From Candidatus Spyradocola sp. (GTDB lineage Bacteria > Bacillota > Clostridia > Christensenellales > UBA1750): a stretch of 64,000 bases of DNA. The DNA is taken from contig JBMNOF010000001.1 of assembly GCA_050942925.1 (NCBI GenBank), forward strand, positions 151,666 through 215,665, written 5' to 3'. Position 1 is the stretch's first letter, and every line of letters begins with the position of its first letter. The position numbers and the translations under genes are program-made. The notes beneath the pieces were generated by a model that worked only from the letters and a program-made list of their open reading frames with translations, had not been told where the DNA came from and searched no databases. Positions 46,114 through 55,527 of the stretch are shown here, piece after piece.

Positions 46114-46863
46114 TCAAGCGCGCGGATCGCAGCGGGAGGTCATCTTCGTCAGAAGCCGCCCCAGTTGGATTGGAAACCCGTAGCAAATCTGCGTCTGCAC
46201 CCGCTGTAGGGCGCTGTGGCATTGCACAAAGCCGCGGGCGCTCAGCCGTTTCGCCAGCCCGCGCCCCACAACCTCCGGGTCCGCCATGTACGCGGGCGGC
46301 ACCGGCAGAAACGCCGAGGACCGCGTCCGCGTCAGCGGCGGGTGAAGAAGATGAAAGGTGACGCCCGTTTCCGCGCATTCCAGGTTGCAGCACTTGGCCA
46401 GCGCCTCCAGCGCCGCCTTGGACGAGGCGTACGCCGCAAGCCCCGCAAATCCCGTGATCCCCACCCCCGAGCAGGTGAAGTAGATCCGCCCGCTGCCCCG
46501 CCGACGCATGTGCGGTAGCACGCTTTGCGTCAGATGCAGCGCACCAAAGTAGTTCACCTCAAAGACCGCGCGGTGGGAGGCCGTATCCCGCGCCTCCTGG
46601 TGTTCCGGACATAGGCACGCGTTGTGGATGGCGACGTCAATGTGCCCAAACTGCGCCGCGGTCGCCTCTACCGCCCGCTGCACCGCCGCGCTGTCCCGCA
46701 CATCCGCGCAGTGGCAGAGAAGCCGGCCCGGATGCGCCTGCGCCAACCCCGAAAGCCGGTTGGTCTCCACATCCAGCACGGAAACCGAGCTCCCATCCTC
46801 CAATGCCTGCGCGACGAGAAAGTAGCCAATGCCCTGGTTCGCTCCCGTTATGACAAGGTTCAT
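46114..46863 (-). CDS. SDR family oxidoreductase
   Basis: MNLVITGANQGIGYF...YASSKAAL. Confidence 0.85.
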   Translation of the reverse strand: MNLVITGANQGIGYFLVAQALEDGSSVSVLDVETNRLSGLAQAHPGRLLCHCADVRDSAAVQRAVEATAAQFGHIDVAIHNACLCPEHQEARDTASHRAVFEVNYFGALHLTQSVLPHMRRRGSGRIYFTCSGVGITGFAGLAAYASSKAALEALAKCCNLECAETGVTFHLLHPPLTRTRSSAFLPVPPAYMADPEVVGRGLAKRLSARGFVQCHSALQRVQTQICYGFPIQLGRLLTKMTSRCDPRA

Positions 46864-47477
46864 CCCCGCTGCCCCCCGATCTCTTCAAAGAATTGCCGAA
46901 TGTGCTCCCGTGCCTCTGCGCGGAAGCGCTCCCGGTTTTCCGGCGTGAGCGCACCGCCGAACAGCCACCTCTGCGCGAGCAAAAGGAGGGGCGCGTAAAA
47001 CCGCAGCGCTAGGCGCGCGCCGTCCGCGCCGGAAACCGCCTGCAGCGCCAGCAGCTGCGCAAAGACCCGCTCCTGAAACGCCAGCGGCGCCTGAAACATC
47101 CAGCGGTCGTAAAGCTCGCGCGCCCTCGCGCTCCGGAATCGCTCGATCGATAGAAACCGCAGCACACGGTTGCAGAAGCCGTCCAGAAAATAGGATTCCA
47201 AAAGCGCGTCGCATGCGGCGCAGGGAAACCCTTCGCCGGGCGCGCGGTCCAGTTCCCCCAGCGCAGCCTCCAACGGCGCCATCAATTCCTCGGCCCGCTG
47301 CGCAAATTCGCGGAACAGCTCCTCTGCAATGGCTTGTTTGTTGGAAAAGTGGTAGTAGATGGTTCCCTCGCGAACCTGTACCCTTGCACAGATGTCCCGA
47401 ATGGAGACCGCCGCATACCCGCTCTGCGAAAAGAGATCCAGCGCGGCGTCCAGAATCCGCTGGCGCGTGTCCTGCAT
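46860..47477 (-). CDS. TetR/AcrR family regulator
   Basis: MQDTRQRILDAALDLFSQSGYAAVSIRDICARVQVREGTIYYHF. ATG at 47475-47477 with the SD GGAGGA. Confidence 0.85.
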   Translation of the reverse strand: MQDTRQRILDAALDLFSQSGYAAVSIRDICARVQVREGTIYYHFSNKQAIAEELFREFAQRAEELMAPLEAALGELDRAPGEGFPCAACDALLESYFLDGFCNRVLRFLSIERFRSARARELYDRWMFQAPLAFQERVFAQLLALQAVSGADGARLALRFYAPLLLLAQRWLFGGALTPENRERFRAEAREHIRQFFEEIGGQRG

Positions 47478-47493
47478 AAGAAGAATCCTCCGT

Positions 47494-47532
47494 TCTAACA
47501 ATCGTTAGATTTAGTATATCGAACGATCGTTC
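47494..47532. promoter_or_regulatory. Two palindromes upstream of the TetR gene (candidate operators)
   Basis: TCTAAC-aatc-GTTAGA (47494-47509) and the perfect palindrome GAACGATCGTTC (47521-47532). Confidence 0.4.
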
Positions 47533-47544
47533 CATTTGCAAGGG

Positions 47545-47576
47545 AAAAAAGAACAGCCCTGCCGTTGCAGGGCTGT
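47545..47576 (-). terminator. yitT terminator
   Basis: ACAGCCCTGC-aacg-GCAGGGCTGT on the minus strand, followed by TCTTTTTT. Confidence 0.7.
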
Positions 47577-47585
47577 CCGGGGGAG

Positions 47586-48434
47586 TCAGAGCGTCTGGCG
47601 GAACCCCTTGCCGATGATCTCGCTCGTGTTGGTGATGACGACGAAGGCCTGCGGGTCCACCTCGTGCAGGAAGGTGCGCAGGCGCACGGCCTGGCCGCGC
47701 TTGAGCACCGTCAGGAGCACCTTGCGCCCCTCCTGCGTGTAGGCGCCCTCGCCCGTGAGCACCGTGGCCGAGCGGTTCAGCTCCTCGTTGATGAAGCGCG
47801 TGATGATCTCCGGCTTTGTGGTCACGATGGTGAAATACTTGGACAGGTGGATGTTCTCGATGACCGAGTCCACAACCAGCGCCTTGGCCAGCAGGCCGAG
47901 CAGGGAGAACAGCCCCGTCTCAATCCCGAAGACCACGCCCGCGAGCGTGGCGATCACAAAGTCCGTGCAGAACAGCGCCTTGCCGATGTCCAGGTCCGTG
48001 TACTTGCGGAAGATCATCGCGACGATGTCCGTTCCCCCCGTGCTGCCCTTGAGGTTGAACAGGATCGCGCTGCCCACAGCCGGCAGCAGAACGGAGAACA
48101 CGAGCTCCAGCATGGGCTGCGTCGTCAGCGGCGCCTCCATGGGGTAAACGCGCTCCAGCGCATAGATGCTCAGGGACATCAGCATCGAGCAGTACACCGT
48201 CTTGACCCCAAAGGACCGCCCAAAGACCGCAAACCCCACCAGGAGCAGCGCAACGTTGATGATGAGCACGAGCGTGCCGGTGGAGATGTTCGGCAAGAGC
48301 GCGCCCAGAATCACCGAGATGCCGCTCACGCCGCCCGTGGAGAAATTGTTGGGGAATTTGAAGAAGTACACGCCCGCAGAAACCAGCAAAGTTCCCGCCG
48401 TCAGGAGAAGAAATTCTGTAATCCGTTTTTTCAT
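47586..48434 (-). CDS. YitT family membrane protein (DUF2179 C-domain)
   Basis: This is the last 282 aa of track ORF 47586..50411 (MKKRITEFLLLTAGTLLVSAGVYFFKFPNNFSTGGVSG...). ATG at 48432-48434. Confidence 0.85.
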   Translation of the reverse strand: MKKRITEFLLLTAGTLLVSAGVYFFKFPNNFSTGGVSGISVILGALLPNISTGTLVLIINVALLLVGFAVFGRSFGVKTVYCSMLMSLSIYALERVYPMEAPLTTQPMLELVFSVLLPAVGSAILFNLKGSTGGTDIVAMIFRKYTDLDIGKALFCTDFVIATLAGVVFGIETGLFSLLGLLAKALVVDSVIENIHLSKYFTIVTTKPEIITRFINEELNRSATVLTGEGAYTQEGRKVLLTVLKRGQAVRLRTFLHEVDPQAFVVITNTSEIIGKGFRQTL

Positions 48435-48508
48435 TGCGAAAACCGCCCTTGTCAATGTGCCGTTTGGCCAAGAAAAGTATAGCATGCGGCGGCCCAAAAG
48501 TCGAATGC

Positions 48509-51500
48509 CTAGGGGTAGAGCACGTAGTCGAGCATGACGCGGGCAAAGCCCGCGCGCTCCAGAGCCTGCGCCGCCTCCGTCGGATAGGTGCGGATGCAAA
48601 GCCGGTCCAAACCGGGGAAGATGCGGTGCGACGCAAAGTCGCGCGCCAAAGCGGCCAGCGCCTTGTCCGCGGCCTCCGGCTCCGGCAGGCGCAGAACCTC
48701 GCCCTGGCGCTCCAAAATGGCGGCCACGCGCCCCTCCAGCAGGCAGACCGCCGTGCCGGGCACGCGCGCAAACTCCCGCCCCGGCGCGTGCGCGAGCGCG
48801 CGCCCGTAGGCTTGGCCCGGGTCCGCGGCGGGAACCCAAAGCGCCGCCGGGGAAGGATGGTCCAAGGCCCGTCGCACGCGGGCATAGTCCTGCGCGCGGA
48901 CGAACTGCATGCCCGAAAGCCCCTGCACAAAGTACCCCCGGCGTGCTTGGCCCGTGTACTCCCACTGGCGAAGCGGTTCCGCCGCCTCCGCCCAGGAAAG
49001 ACCGCTCAGCGTCTCCCGGCAGAGCACCGGGCACGCGGAAAAGGCGCGGTCCAGCCGCTCCTCCACGGAGAGCGCCCGCTCCGGTCGCGCCAGCTCCCAG
49101 CGCCCGGCGGAGAGGGCGTCCGCGCGCACCCGCGCCAGGCGCTTCCCCGCAAGCCGCCCCGCCTGCGTTGCCGGCAGCGCGCGCACCGGCGCAAAGCTGT
49201 CCGCGCGCACGAGCCCCGCCTGAAGGAGGCGCAGCAGGGGCTCCCATGCGGATTGACCGCCAAGAACCGCCGAGAGCGCGCTGGAGAAGCTCGCCCCGCG
49301 ACGGCGCAGCGCGTCCAGCAGCCGCGCCTCCGCCTCTGAGGGAACAAAGCCCTCCTCCGCCTCTGGCTCGGCATCCCAGTCCACGTCCTGCGCCCGGAAA
49401 AAGGCCAGGGAGTCCCCGCGCATCGTCCAGCTGAATTCCCCGGCGCCCAGCAGCGCATCCAGCAGCGCCGGCCGGTAGTTCGGCACGCGCGCGGGCAGAA
49501 GCATCCCCTCCCAGGCGGACGCGGGGTGGAACTGGCCCAGCAACTCCTCCAGCGCCGCACGAAGCTGCGCCGGCTGGGCGCCGGCCGGGCGGAGAGACGC
49601 GGCGAGCAGGGCCGCAAAGCGCTCCGGCGGGACGGTCGACACGGCCTCCCGGCGCGCGCGCAGCGTCTCCTTCTGCGCGCGGGTGAACACGTCCCGGTGC
49701 ACGAATTCTCCCCCGTGCGCAACGGCCACGCCCTGTGCCGCCAGCGCCTCCAGCGCGCGCTGCGCCGCGGCCTCGGAAACGCCGTAGCGCTGGGCGAGCC
49801 GCGCCGCGTCCTGCCCGCCCCGGTAGCGCAGACTGCGCCGCGCCGCAAGGCGGAGCGGCCCTTCGTCTCCGCCCCGAAGGGCCGCGTAGAGCGCCTCGGA
49901 CTCCGCCGCAATCCAGAGCCCCGGCTCGATGTACCGCGCGCGCCCCTGATCGGACAGGCGGTAAAACCACGCCTGCGGCACCTCCAGTTCTCCCGGCGCG
50001 AGGTCGCCCTCGATCAGGAGCCGCTCGTGGAGCTGGTCCGGGTTTTCCGGCGGGCGCAGCGCGTATTGGGCAGCAAGGGCCGCCTCCTCCGGCTCGATGC
50101 CCGCCTGCGCATCGAGCGCCTGCGCCGCCTGTTCCGCGGCGCGCACGGCGGACGAGGGCACGTTGTCCGTTTCGTACAGGAGCTTGTTCTCCGCCGCACG
50201 GCGCATGGGCAGCGCCATGGGAGAGGGCGCGGACAGGTGCATCTCCCGCACCTCGATCTCCCCGCAGGCCACGCCCGCCAGCACCTCCTGCAGAGCGGCA
50301 AGGTCCAGATTGTCCTGCTCGCACGCCCGCAGCGCCTCGCGGATCAGGGGATGCTCCGCCTCTTGCACAAGGGCGGAGAGCTGTTCCTCCCCGCGCAGGC
50401 GCTGTACCCACAGCGGCTGCCGGTGCCCGCCCCGCACGCCCATCATCAGCGCGCAGGCGCAGGCGTAGCGGAAGTTCAGGGAAAGCAGCGGGCTGCCCGG
50501 CAGAAGCGCGCGCACGCGCTGGCCAGACGTTTCCGGGTCCAACCCCTGCAATAGCCCCTCCGGCAGCTCGGTGCCGCCCAGGGCGTACAGAAGGAACCCG
50601 TCGTCGTCCTCAAAGGCCAGAACGTCCTGACCGGTCTGCTGTTCCGCCGCCCGGCGGCAGAGCAGGGAGAGCGCGTAGTTTACGCGGCGGCCAAAGATCG
50701 AGTGCACCATGAGCTGGTGCTTGTTCGTCTCGTCCAGGAAGTGCTCGCAGACGATGCGGCGGTGCGTCGGCAGACAGCCCGTGGCGTCCAGCTGCGCGCG
50801 CACGTGGCGGGCGGCGTTGGCGGCCGCATCCCCGTCCATGCAGAGCGCGGCAAGGGCCGGACCGATCTCCCCCGATTGCGCCGCGCGCTCGACCCTCTCC
50901 AGACAGGCGCCAAAGCGTTGGGCCACCGGATAGGCGCGGCCCGTGCCGTCGCCCCGCCAGAATGGGGGCTGCGCGCCCTCGGGGGAGGTCTTGGTCACCA
51001 CCACGCGGTCCCGGCCGATCTCGGCGATCTTCCAGGCAAACGCCCCGAGCAGGAACTTGTCCCCGATGCGCGCCTCGTAAACGAATTCCTCGTCCAGTTC
51101 GCCCAGGCGCGTGCCGTCCGGCAGAACCGCCGCGTACCAGCCCCGGTCCGGGATCGTCCCCGAGGCGCTGTAGGCCAGCATTTTCGTGTATTCGTCGCCG
51201 CGAACGCACCCGTGGATGCGGTCGTACAGAACGCGCGCCCGCACCGGGCGGTCCTGCGCATGCTCGTGGTCGCCGGCGAGCATGGATAGGCAGGCGCAGA
51301 CGTCCTCCCGCGTCGTGTTGCGGAAGGTCCAGCACCCGTGGACGATGCGCAGGGCGTCGTCCACGCTGTATTCGTCCTCCACGGCCATGGAAACCAGGTG
51401 CTGCGCGAGCACGTCCAAGCAGTTTTCCGGCGGCTCCGCCGGCTCGATCTCCCCCTCCTGCGCGGCGCGCGCGGTCAGCCCGCAGGCCAGGGCGTCGGCC

Positions 51501-52594
51501 GCCGTCTTGGCAAAGACGCGCATCACGCTCACCGCGCCGGGACGGTGACCCGCCCGGCCCATGCGCTGCAGGGCGCCCGAGACCGTGCGCGGACAGCCGA
51601 TCTGCACGACCAGGTCCACCTGCCCCACGTCGATCCCCAGCTCCATGGACGAGGTCGCGCAAAGCAGGCGCAGCTTTCCCTCGCGCAGCTGCTGTTCCGC
51701 CTCCAGGCGCTGTTCCCGGGAGACGCAGCCGTGGTGCGTGCGCGCAAATCCCGGCCCGGCCAGCTGGTTGACGCCGTGGGCCAGGCGCTCGGCCTGCTGC
51801 CGGCCCTCCACAAAGGCGAGCACCGTGCGCGCCCCTTGGCAAAGCTCGTATACGCGCTGGCACAGGTCCGGCCAAACCGTGCCCTGCACCAGCCGCAGGT
51901 CCGGCAGCGGGGAGGTCACCCGGATGTCCGTGTCCTTGGTAAGCGCGGGCGCGACGATGGCGCACGGCGACGGATGCGCCAGGTACCGCGCCGCGCGCTC
52001 CAGCGGCCGGATCGTGGCCGACAGCCCGATGCGCTGCACGCGCCGGCCGCAGAGCTCGTCCAGCCGCGCCAGCGAGAGCAGCAGGTGCGCCCCGCGCTTG
52101 GAGCCGATCAGCGCGTGCAGTTCGTCCACGATCACGGCCTGAACCGTGCGCAGCATGGCCCGGCTGCGCGGCGCGGTCAGCAGCAGGTAGAGCGACTCCG
52201 GCGTGGTCAGAAGGATGTGCGGGGGCTTGCGCAGCATTTTGGCGCGGTCCGCGGGCGTCGTGTCGCCCGTGCGCAGGCCCGTGCGCAGCACCGGCCCGGG
52301 GATGCCCTCGTTGGGCCGCTGCAGGTTCTCGCGGATGTCCCCGGCCAGGGACTTGAGCGGCGAGACGTAGAGCACGCGCACCTCGTCCGCGAGCTTCCCC
52401 TGCGCCGCCTCCGCCTTGAGCCGGTCCAGAAAGAGCAGGAAGGCCGTCAGCGTCTTGCCCGTGCCCGTCGGCGCGCTGATGAGCACGTTCTCCCCCGCCG
52501 CGATGTGCGGCCAGCCCTCCCGCTGCACGGCCGTCGGCTCCCCGACGCGCGCGCGGAACCAATCCCGTGCCGATGCGGAAAACAGCTCCGTCAT
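48509..52594 (-). CDS. lhr: Lhr-family large DEAD/DEAH-box helicase
   Basis: 1361 aa. Contains FRARVGEPTAVQREGWPHIAAGENVLISAPTGTGKTL, DELH and CATSSMELGIDVG. Confidence 0.9.
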   Translation of the reverse strand: MTELFSASARDWFRARVGEPTAVQREGWPHIAAGENVLISAPTGTGKTLTAFLLFLDRLKAEAAQGKLADEVRVLYVSPLKSLAGDIRENLQRPNEGIPGPVLRTGLRTGDTTPADRAKMLRKPPHILLTTPESLYLLLTAPRSRAMLRTVQAVIVDELHALIGSKRGAHLLLSLARLDELCGRRVQRIGLSATIRPLERAARYLAHPSPCAIVAPALTKDTDIRVTSPLPDLRLVQGTVWPDLCQRVYELCQGARTVLAFVEGRQQAERLAHGVNQLAGPGFARTHHGCVSREQRLEAEQQLREGKLRLLCATSSMELGIDVGQVDLVVQIGCPRTVSGALQRMGRAGHRPGAVSVMRVFAKTAADALACGLTARAAQEGEIEPAEPPENCLDVLAQHLVSMAVEDEYSVDDALRIVHGCWTFRNTTREDVCACLSMLAGDHEHAQDRPVRARVLYDRIHGCVRGDEYTKMLAYSASGTIPDRGWYAAVLPDGTRLGELDEEFVYEARIGDKFLLGAFAWKIAEIGRDRVVVTKTSPEGAQPPFWRGDGTGRAYPVAQRFGACLERVERAAQSGEIGPALAALCMDGDAAANAARHVRAQLDATGCLPTHRRIVCEHFLDETNKHQLMVHSIFGRRVNYALSLLCRRAAEQQTGQDVLAFEDDDGFLLYALGGTELPEGLLQGLDPETSGQRVRALLPGSPLLSLNFRYACACALMMGVRGGHRQPLWVQRLRGEEQLSALVQEAEHPLIREALRACEQDNLDLAALQEVLAGVACGEIEVREMHLSAPSPMALPMRRAAENKLLYETDNVPSSAVRAAEQAAQALDAQAGIEPEEAALAAQYALRPPENPDQLHERLLIEGDLAPGELEVPQAWFYRLSDQGRARYIEPGLWIAAESEALYAALRGGDEGPLRLAARRSLRYRGGQDAARLAQRYGVSEAAAQRALEALAAQGVAVAHGGEFVHRDVFTRAQKETLRARREAVSTVPPERFAALLAASLRPAGAQPAQLRAALEELLGQFHPASAWEGMLLPARVPNYRPALLDALLGAGEFSWTMRGDSLAFFRAQDVDWDAEPEAEEGFVPSEAEARLLDALRRRGASFSSALSAVLGGQSAWEPLLRLLQAGLVRADSFAPVRALPATQAGRLAGKRLARVRADALSAGRWELARPERALSVEERLDRAFSACPVLCRETLSGLSWAEAAEPLRQWEYTGQARRGYFVQGLSGMQFVRAQDYARVRRALDHPSPAALWVPAADPGQAYGRALAHAPGREFARVPGTAVCLLEGRVAAILERQGEVLRLPEPEAADKALAALARDFASHRIFPGLDRLCIRTYPTEAAQALERAGFARVMLDYVLYP

Positions 52595-52701
52595 CCCCTC
52601 GCCCCCTTTTTTTCGATAGACTGTTATTTCGACGAAGGAAACGCGCGCCCCTGCACCGGTCGGGCGCAGGGGCGCGCAAATTGCGGGCGGCCGGGCGGCG
52701 C

Positions 52702-53697
52702 TCAGCCGCCGTACAGGGCCTCACCCGTTTCTTGGAACTCGTTCAATATGCCCTGGAGCTCGTCCCGTAGGTCGCTGGGGATCTCCATCAGTGTGTTCTC
52801 CAGGCCGAAGAAGCCGCTCTCCAACAGCCCGTGCAACACGCGCCCATCCTTGAGCAGGATGCGGCATTCCCCGAGGATGCTCACCTTCTCCAGGCCGGGC
52901 TCCACGAGCCCCGCCTCACAGATGCGCAGCACCAGGTCCGCCTGTTCCTCGCGCAGCACGATGGGCTCGCTCTCCAGGTACCAATGGTTTACATACTCGA
53001 TGCGCTCCACCTCCTCGCGCGCAAAGGCGGGCAGGTCCGACCGCTCCGTCAGCCGCGCCACCAGGGCGCGCAGCTCCTCGCTCTCCAGAAAGTAGACCGA
53101 GGAGCCGGAGCTTGTCTGCAGCTCGCTCTGCGAGCGGACCTCGCAGCGCACGCCCTCGCGACCGTCCATTTCGTCCAGCGCCAGGTCGAGGAGGAGCACA
53201 TCCCCCTTTTCAGACACCCAGCACAGGTTCAGGCTCGGGTAGACCGCCGTGAGGCCGCAGGGCGTCGCCGGCGCGCGCTCCAGCGCCGCGACGACCGCCG
53301 CCTGATCCTCCGCCGCGACGTCGATCAGGTATGGGTAGCAGCCCTCGCCCTCCCAGGCCGTGGAGTAGAGCCGCCCCTGCGGCAGGCGCAGGCCGGAAAA
53401 TTGCAGCAGCCGCTCGTCCCGCCCCGCCGTCTCTGCCGACGCGAAATCGGCGTTTTCCCCCTGCTGCAGGAGCACCACTTCCTCCGCATAGCCTCTGCGG
53501 TGCTCGCCCGGGTAGGGCGTGGCCGGCGGCGCCGGCTCGGGGGTGGGCTCCGGAGTTGCGGCGGGCGTCGGCTCCGGGGTCGCTGTCGCTGGGGCCGGGC
53601 TCTCCAGAACGGCCGCCGGGACATCCGGCGCGGACGTACAGCTGGGCAGGAGCAGCAGGGCCAGCAGGAGCAAGGCGGCGCGCAAGGCGTTTTTCAT
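52702..53697 (-). CDS. Hypothetical lipoprotein with a Pro/Thr/Ala-rich linker
   Basis: MKNALRAALLLLALLLLPSC is the lipobox. I do not recognise any family. Confidence 0.65.
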   Translation of the reverse strand: MKNALRAALLLLALLLLPSCTSAPDVPAAVLESPAPATATPEPTPAATPEPTPEPAPPATPYPGEHRRGYAEEVVLLQQGENADFASAETAGRDERLLQFSGLRLPQGRLYSTAWEGEGCYPYLIDVAAEDQAAVVAALERAPATPCGLTAVYPSLNLCWVSEKGDVLLLDLALDEMDGREGVRCEVRSQSELQTSSGSSVYFLESEELRALVARLTERSDLPAFAREEVERIEYVNHWYLESEPIVLREEQADLVLRICEAGLVEPGLEKVSILGECRILLKDGRVLHGLLESGFFGLENTLMEIPSDLRDELQGILNEFQETGEALYGG

Positions 53698-53760
53698 GCG
53701 GAAACACTCCTTTTTCAGTATGAAAGAAACTCCCCGGGCGAGCCGGGGAGGGAAGAATCC

Positions 53761-55272
53761 TTAGATTTCCAAAAGTGGGATATCGTAGTGCGCGCCGTCC
53801 TCCATGCAGAAACGGGCGACGGGGATGTAAAGATCGGAATCTTCATCCAGGACGTAGAGCACTTCAAAGTGTTCCAACGTTTGCGCTTCCGCCGTGATGT
53901 CTGTCATCGGTTCGTTGCTGCTCTGCGCCGCATACATTTTTTGCTTGACAAGTTCCATGCGGAACTTTTTCAGGACTTCGTCCACGTCGACAGCAGTCGT
54001 GACACTTTCGCCCTGCGCAGGCTGCACGTTCACCCACTTGCCCATGCTGAAGGGGATTCCTTCATCGTCCACGGCGACGGAGAAGACACTACCTTCGATT
54101 GGAATGCCATTATAGGCGTTCTGCATACGGACGATATAGGCGACGGTCTCCTCCACTTCACTGGCGGCAGAACCGGTCAGGTTGACCTCCGCCTTGACGA
54201 TGGGAGCAACCTCTACGACTGCATTTGCCAGGTCCGCCTGGGTAAGTCCGCTGTAGTCGCTCAGGATGTGCGTCAGCGCTGTCTGCTGCGCGCTACTTTC
54301 CGTCAATGTGACGGGCGAATCCTTGATCTCATCGTTGACGATGGAGACAACGCCATCCTTCTGCACGAGCGAGTCATACTCCACCGCCGTAAGCGATATA
54401 GTTTCCGCCTGCAGCGGGATGACCTCATCGGGGAGAGCTGCACCAAACGCCGCGAGCTGTTCCGCCGTCGTGGTGCCCTGCAGGTTCATGTTGCGCAGCT
54501 CCTGGTCGTTGCCGTCCTGGTAGGCGCGGGAAAAGCGGACGATGGTGGAAGAAGAGGTCGGGCGCGCGTAGGTGTTGCCCGGGAAGCCGGGGAAGCGGGA
54601 ATATTGACTGTTGTTATCATGCGTCAGCACAATATAGTTCCGGCAGTTCCAAACATCGTACTCGTCTCCGAGATTGTTGTATACATATTCATTGGCGAGC
54701 ATCCAGGAGGACTTGACGGATTCACCAGTCTCAGCATAATCCATGAAGGCGTCCACAACCGCCTCATCGGCAGCGGAAGGAGCGCTTTCGTGATAGCCGC
54801 AGATGGCGCGGATGGCGCCGGGGCCGATCATGGCGTTGGCCAGCAGCCGCCGCGGATTGGAACCATCGCCATTAATCAGGTTGCAGGCCGCAAGGAAGAC
54901 GAACTCCAGGTCGCTAGAGGAATCCCCACCCCAGATGTCTTCTAGGTCCAAGTCAAAGAGATTAAAGCTAACGGAACTGTTACCCGTTCCCCATACTTCG
55001 CCAGACGCATTTCCCTCGCTGGACCAATACTTGATGTTGTGTGTGTTGGCCTCGAAGTGGTATTGCGTTACATCGTCTGGGTCACGGGAAACAGCGCCGG
55101 AATAGTTTGAGGATTGTTCCTTCAAACGATCAATGAACGTATCGCAGTCTGATGAATCCGAATTTAGGCTATACGCATAGGCCGCGTAACCGGCGGCAGA
55201 AGCGGGAGAAAGCGCTGCAACGAGAAGAAGCGTGAAAACCAGGGAGAAAGATACGAGAGCTCTTCGTTTCAT
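53761..55272 (-). CDS. Hypothetical secreted protein (503 aa), low-GC gene
   Basis: The signal peptide is MKRRALVSFSLVFTLLLVAALSPASA. The SD is ACGGAGG. GC is visibly lower than the flanks. I do not recognise any family. Confidence 0.7.
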   Translation of the reverse strand: MKRRALVSFSLVFTLLLVAALSPASAAGYAAYAYSLNSDSSDCDTFIDRLKEQSSNYSGAVSRDPDDVTQYHFEANTHNIKYWSSEGNASGEVWGTGNSSVSFNLFDLDLEDIWGGDSSSDLEFVFLAACNLINGDGSNPRRLLANAMIGPGAIRAICGYHESAPSAADEAVVDAFMDYAETGESVKSSWMLANEYVYNNLGDEYDVWNCRNYIVLTHDNNSQYSRFPGFPGNTYARPTSSSTIVRFSRAYQDGNDQELRNMNLQGTTTAEQLAAFGAALPDEVIPLQAETISLTAVEYDSLVQKDGVVSIVNDEIKDSPVTLTESSAQQTALTHILSDYSGLTQADLANAVVEVAPIVKAEVNLTGSAASEVEETVAYIVRMQNAYNGIPIEGSVFSVAVDDEGIPFSMGKWVNVQPAQGESVTTAVDVDEVLKKFRMELVKQKMYAAQSSNEPMTDITAEAQTLEHFEVLYVLDEDSDLYIPVARFCMEDGAHYDIPLLEI

Positions 55273-55372
55273 TGTGATGCCTCCGTTTTCTTTGTCGACC
55301 GGAAAAGAAAGAATACGGGGAAACTTTTATTATTTCATAATTATTCCTCCTTTTGCAATTTTTCTGAATAAA

Positions 55373-55402
55373 ATAATATCAGGAATGAAGATAAAATGTC
55401 AA
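55373..55402 (-). promoter_or_regulatory. Candidate promoter of the secreted-protein/lipoprotein operon
   Basis: On the minus strand: TTGACA (55397-55402), 18 nt, TATTAT (55373-55378). Confidence 0.45.
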
Positions 55403-55450
55403 TATAAAAAATGGAATTTTGGAAATAGATTTCTGCGTTTTTCAATGGGC

Positions 55451-55502
55451 TTGCCAAGGAAGGCCGGCCTGCGGTATAATGGGGCCGGAGTAAGCGCTTA
55501 CA
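55451..55502 (+). promoter_or_regulatory. Promoter plus LacI/CcpA-type palindromic operator
   Basis: TTGCCA (55451-55456), 18 nt, TATAAT (55475-55480), then the perfect palindrome GTAAGCGCTTAC (55490-55501). Confidence 0.55.
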
Positions 55503-55527
55503 TGACGGAAAAAAGGGGGCGGAAGGG

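Noticed and set aside
35445-46393. Four very long minus-strand ORFs (35445..37991, 37880..40132, 39999..42278, 42977..46393)
   Set aside because: All are antisense to well-supported plus-strand genes of the peptide locus. Their products are low-complexity and rich in Gly, Ala, Asp, His and Val.
48435-50411. Upstream 659 aa of the 941-aa minus-strand ORF
   Set aside because: This is an out-of-frame reading through the 3' part of lhr and is extremely Gly/Ala/Arg/Pro-rich. Only the last 282 aa (YitT) are real.
50610-52724. 704-aa minus-strand ORF
   Set aside because: This is an alternative frame of lhr and is low-complexity Ala/Gly/Arg/Pro.
52831-54945. 704-aa plus-strand ORF
   Set aside because: Antisense to the lipoprotein and secreted-protein genes, with no SD.
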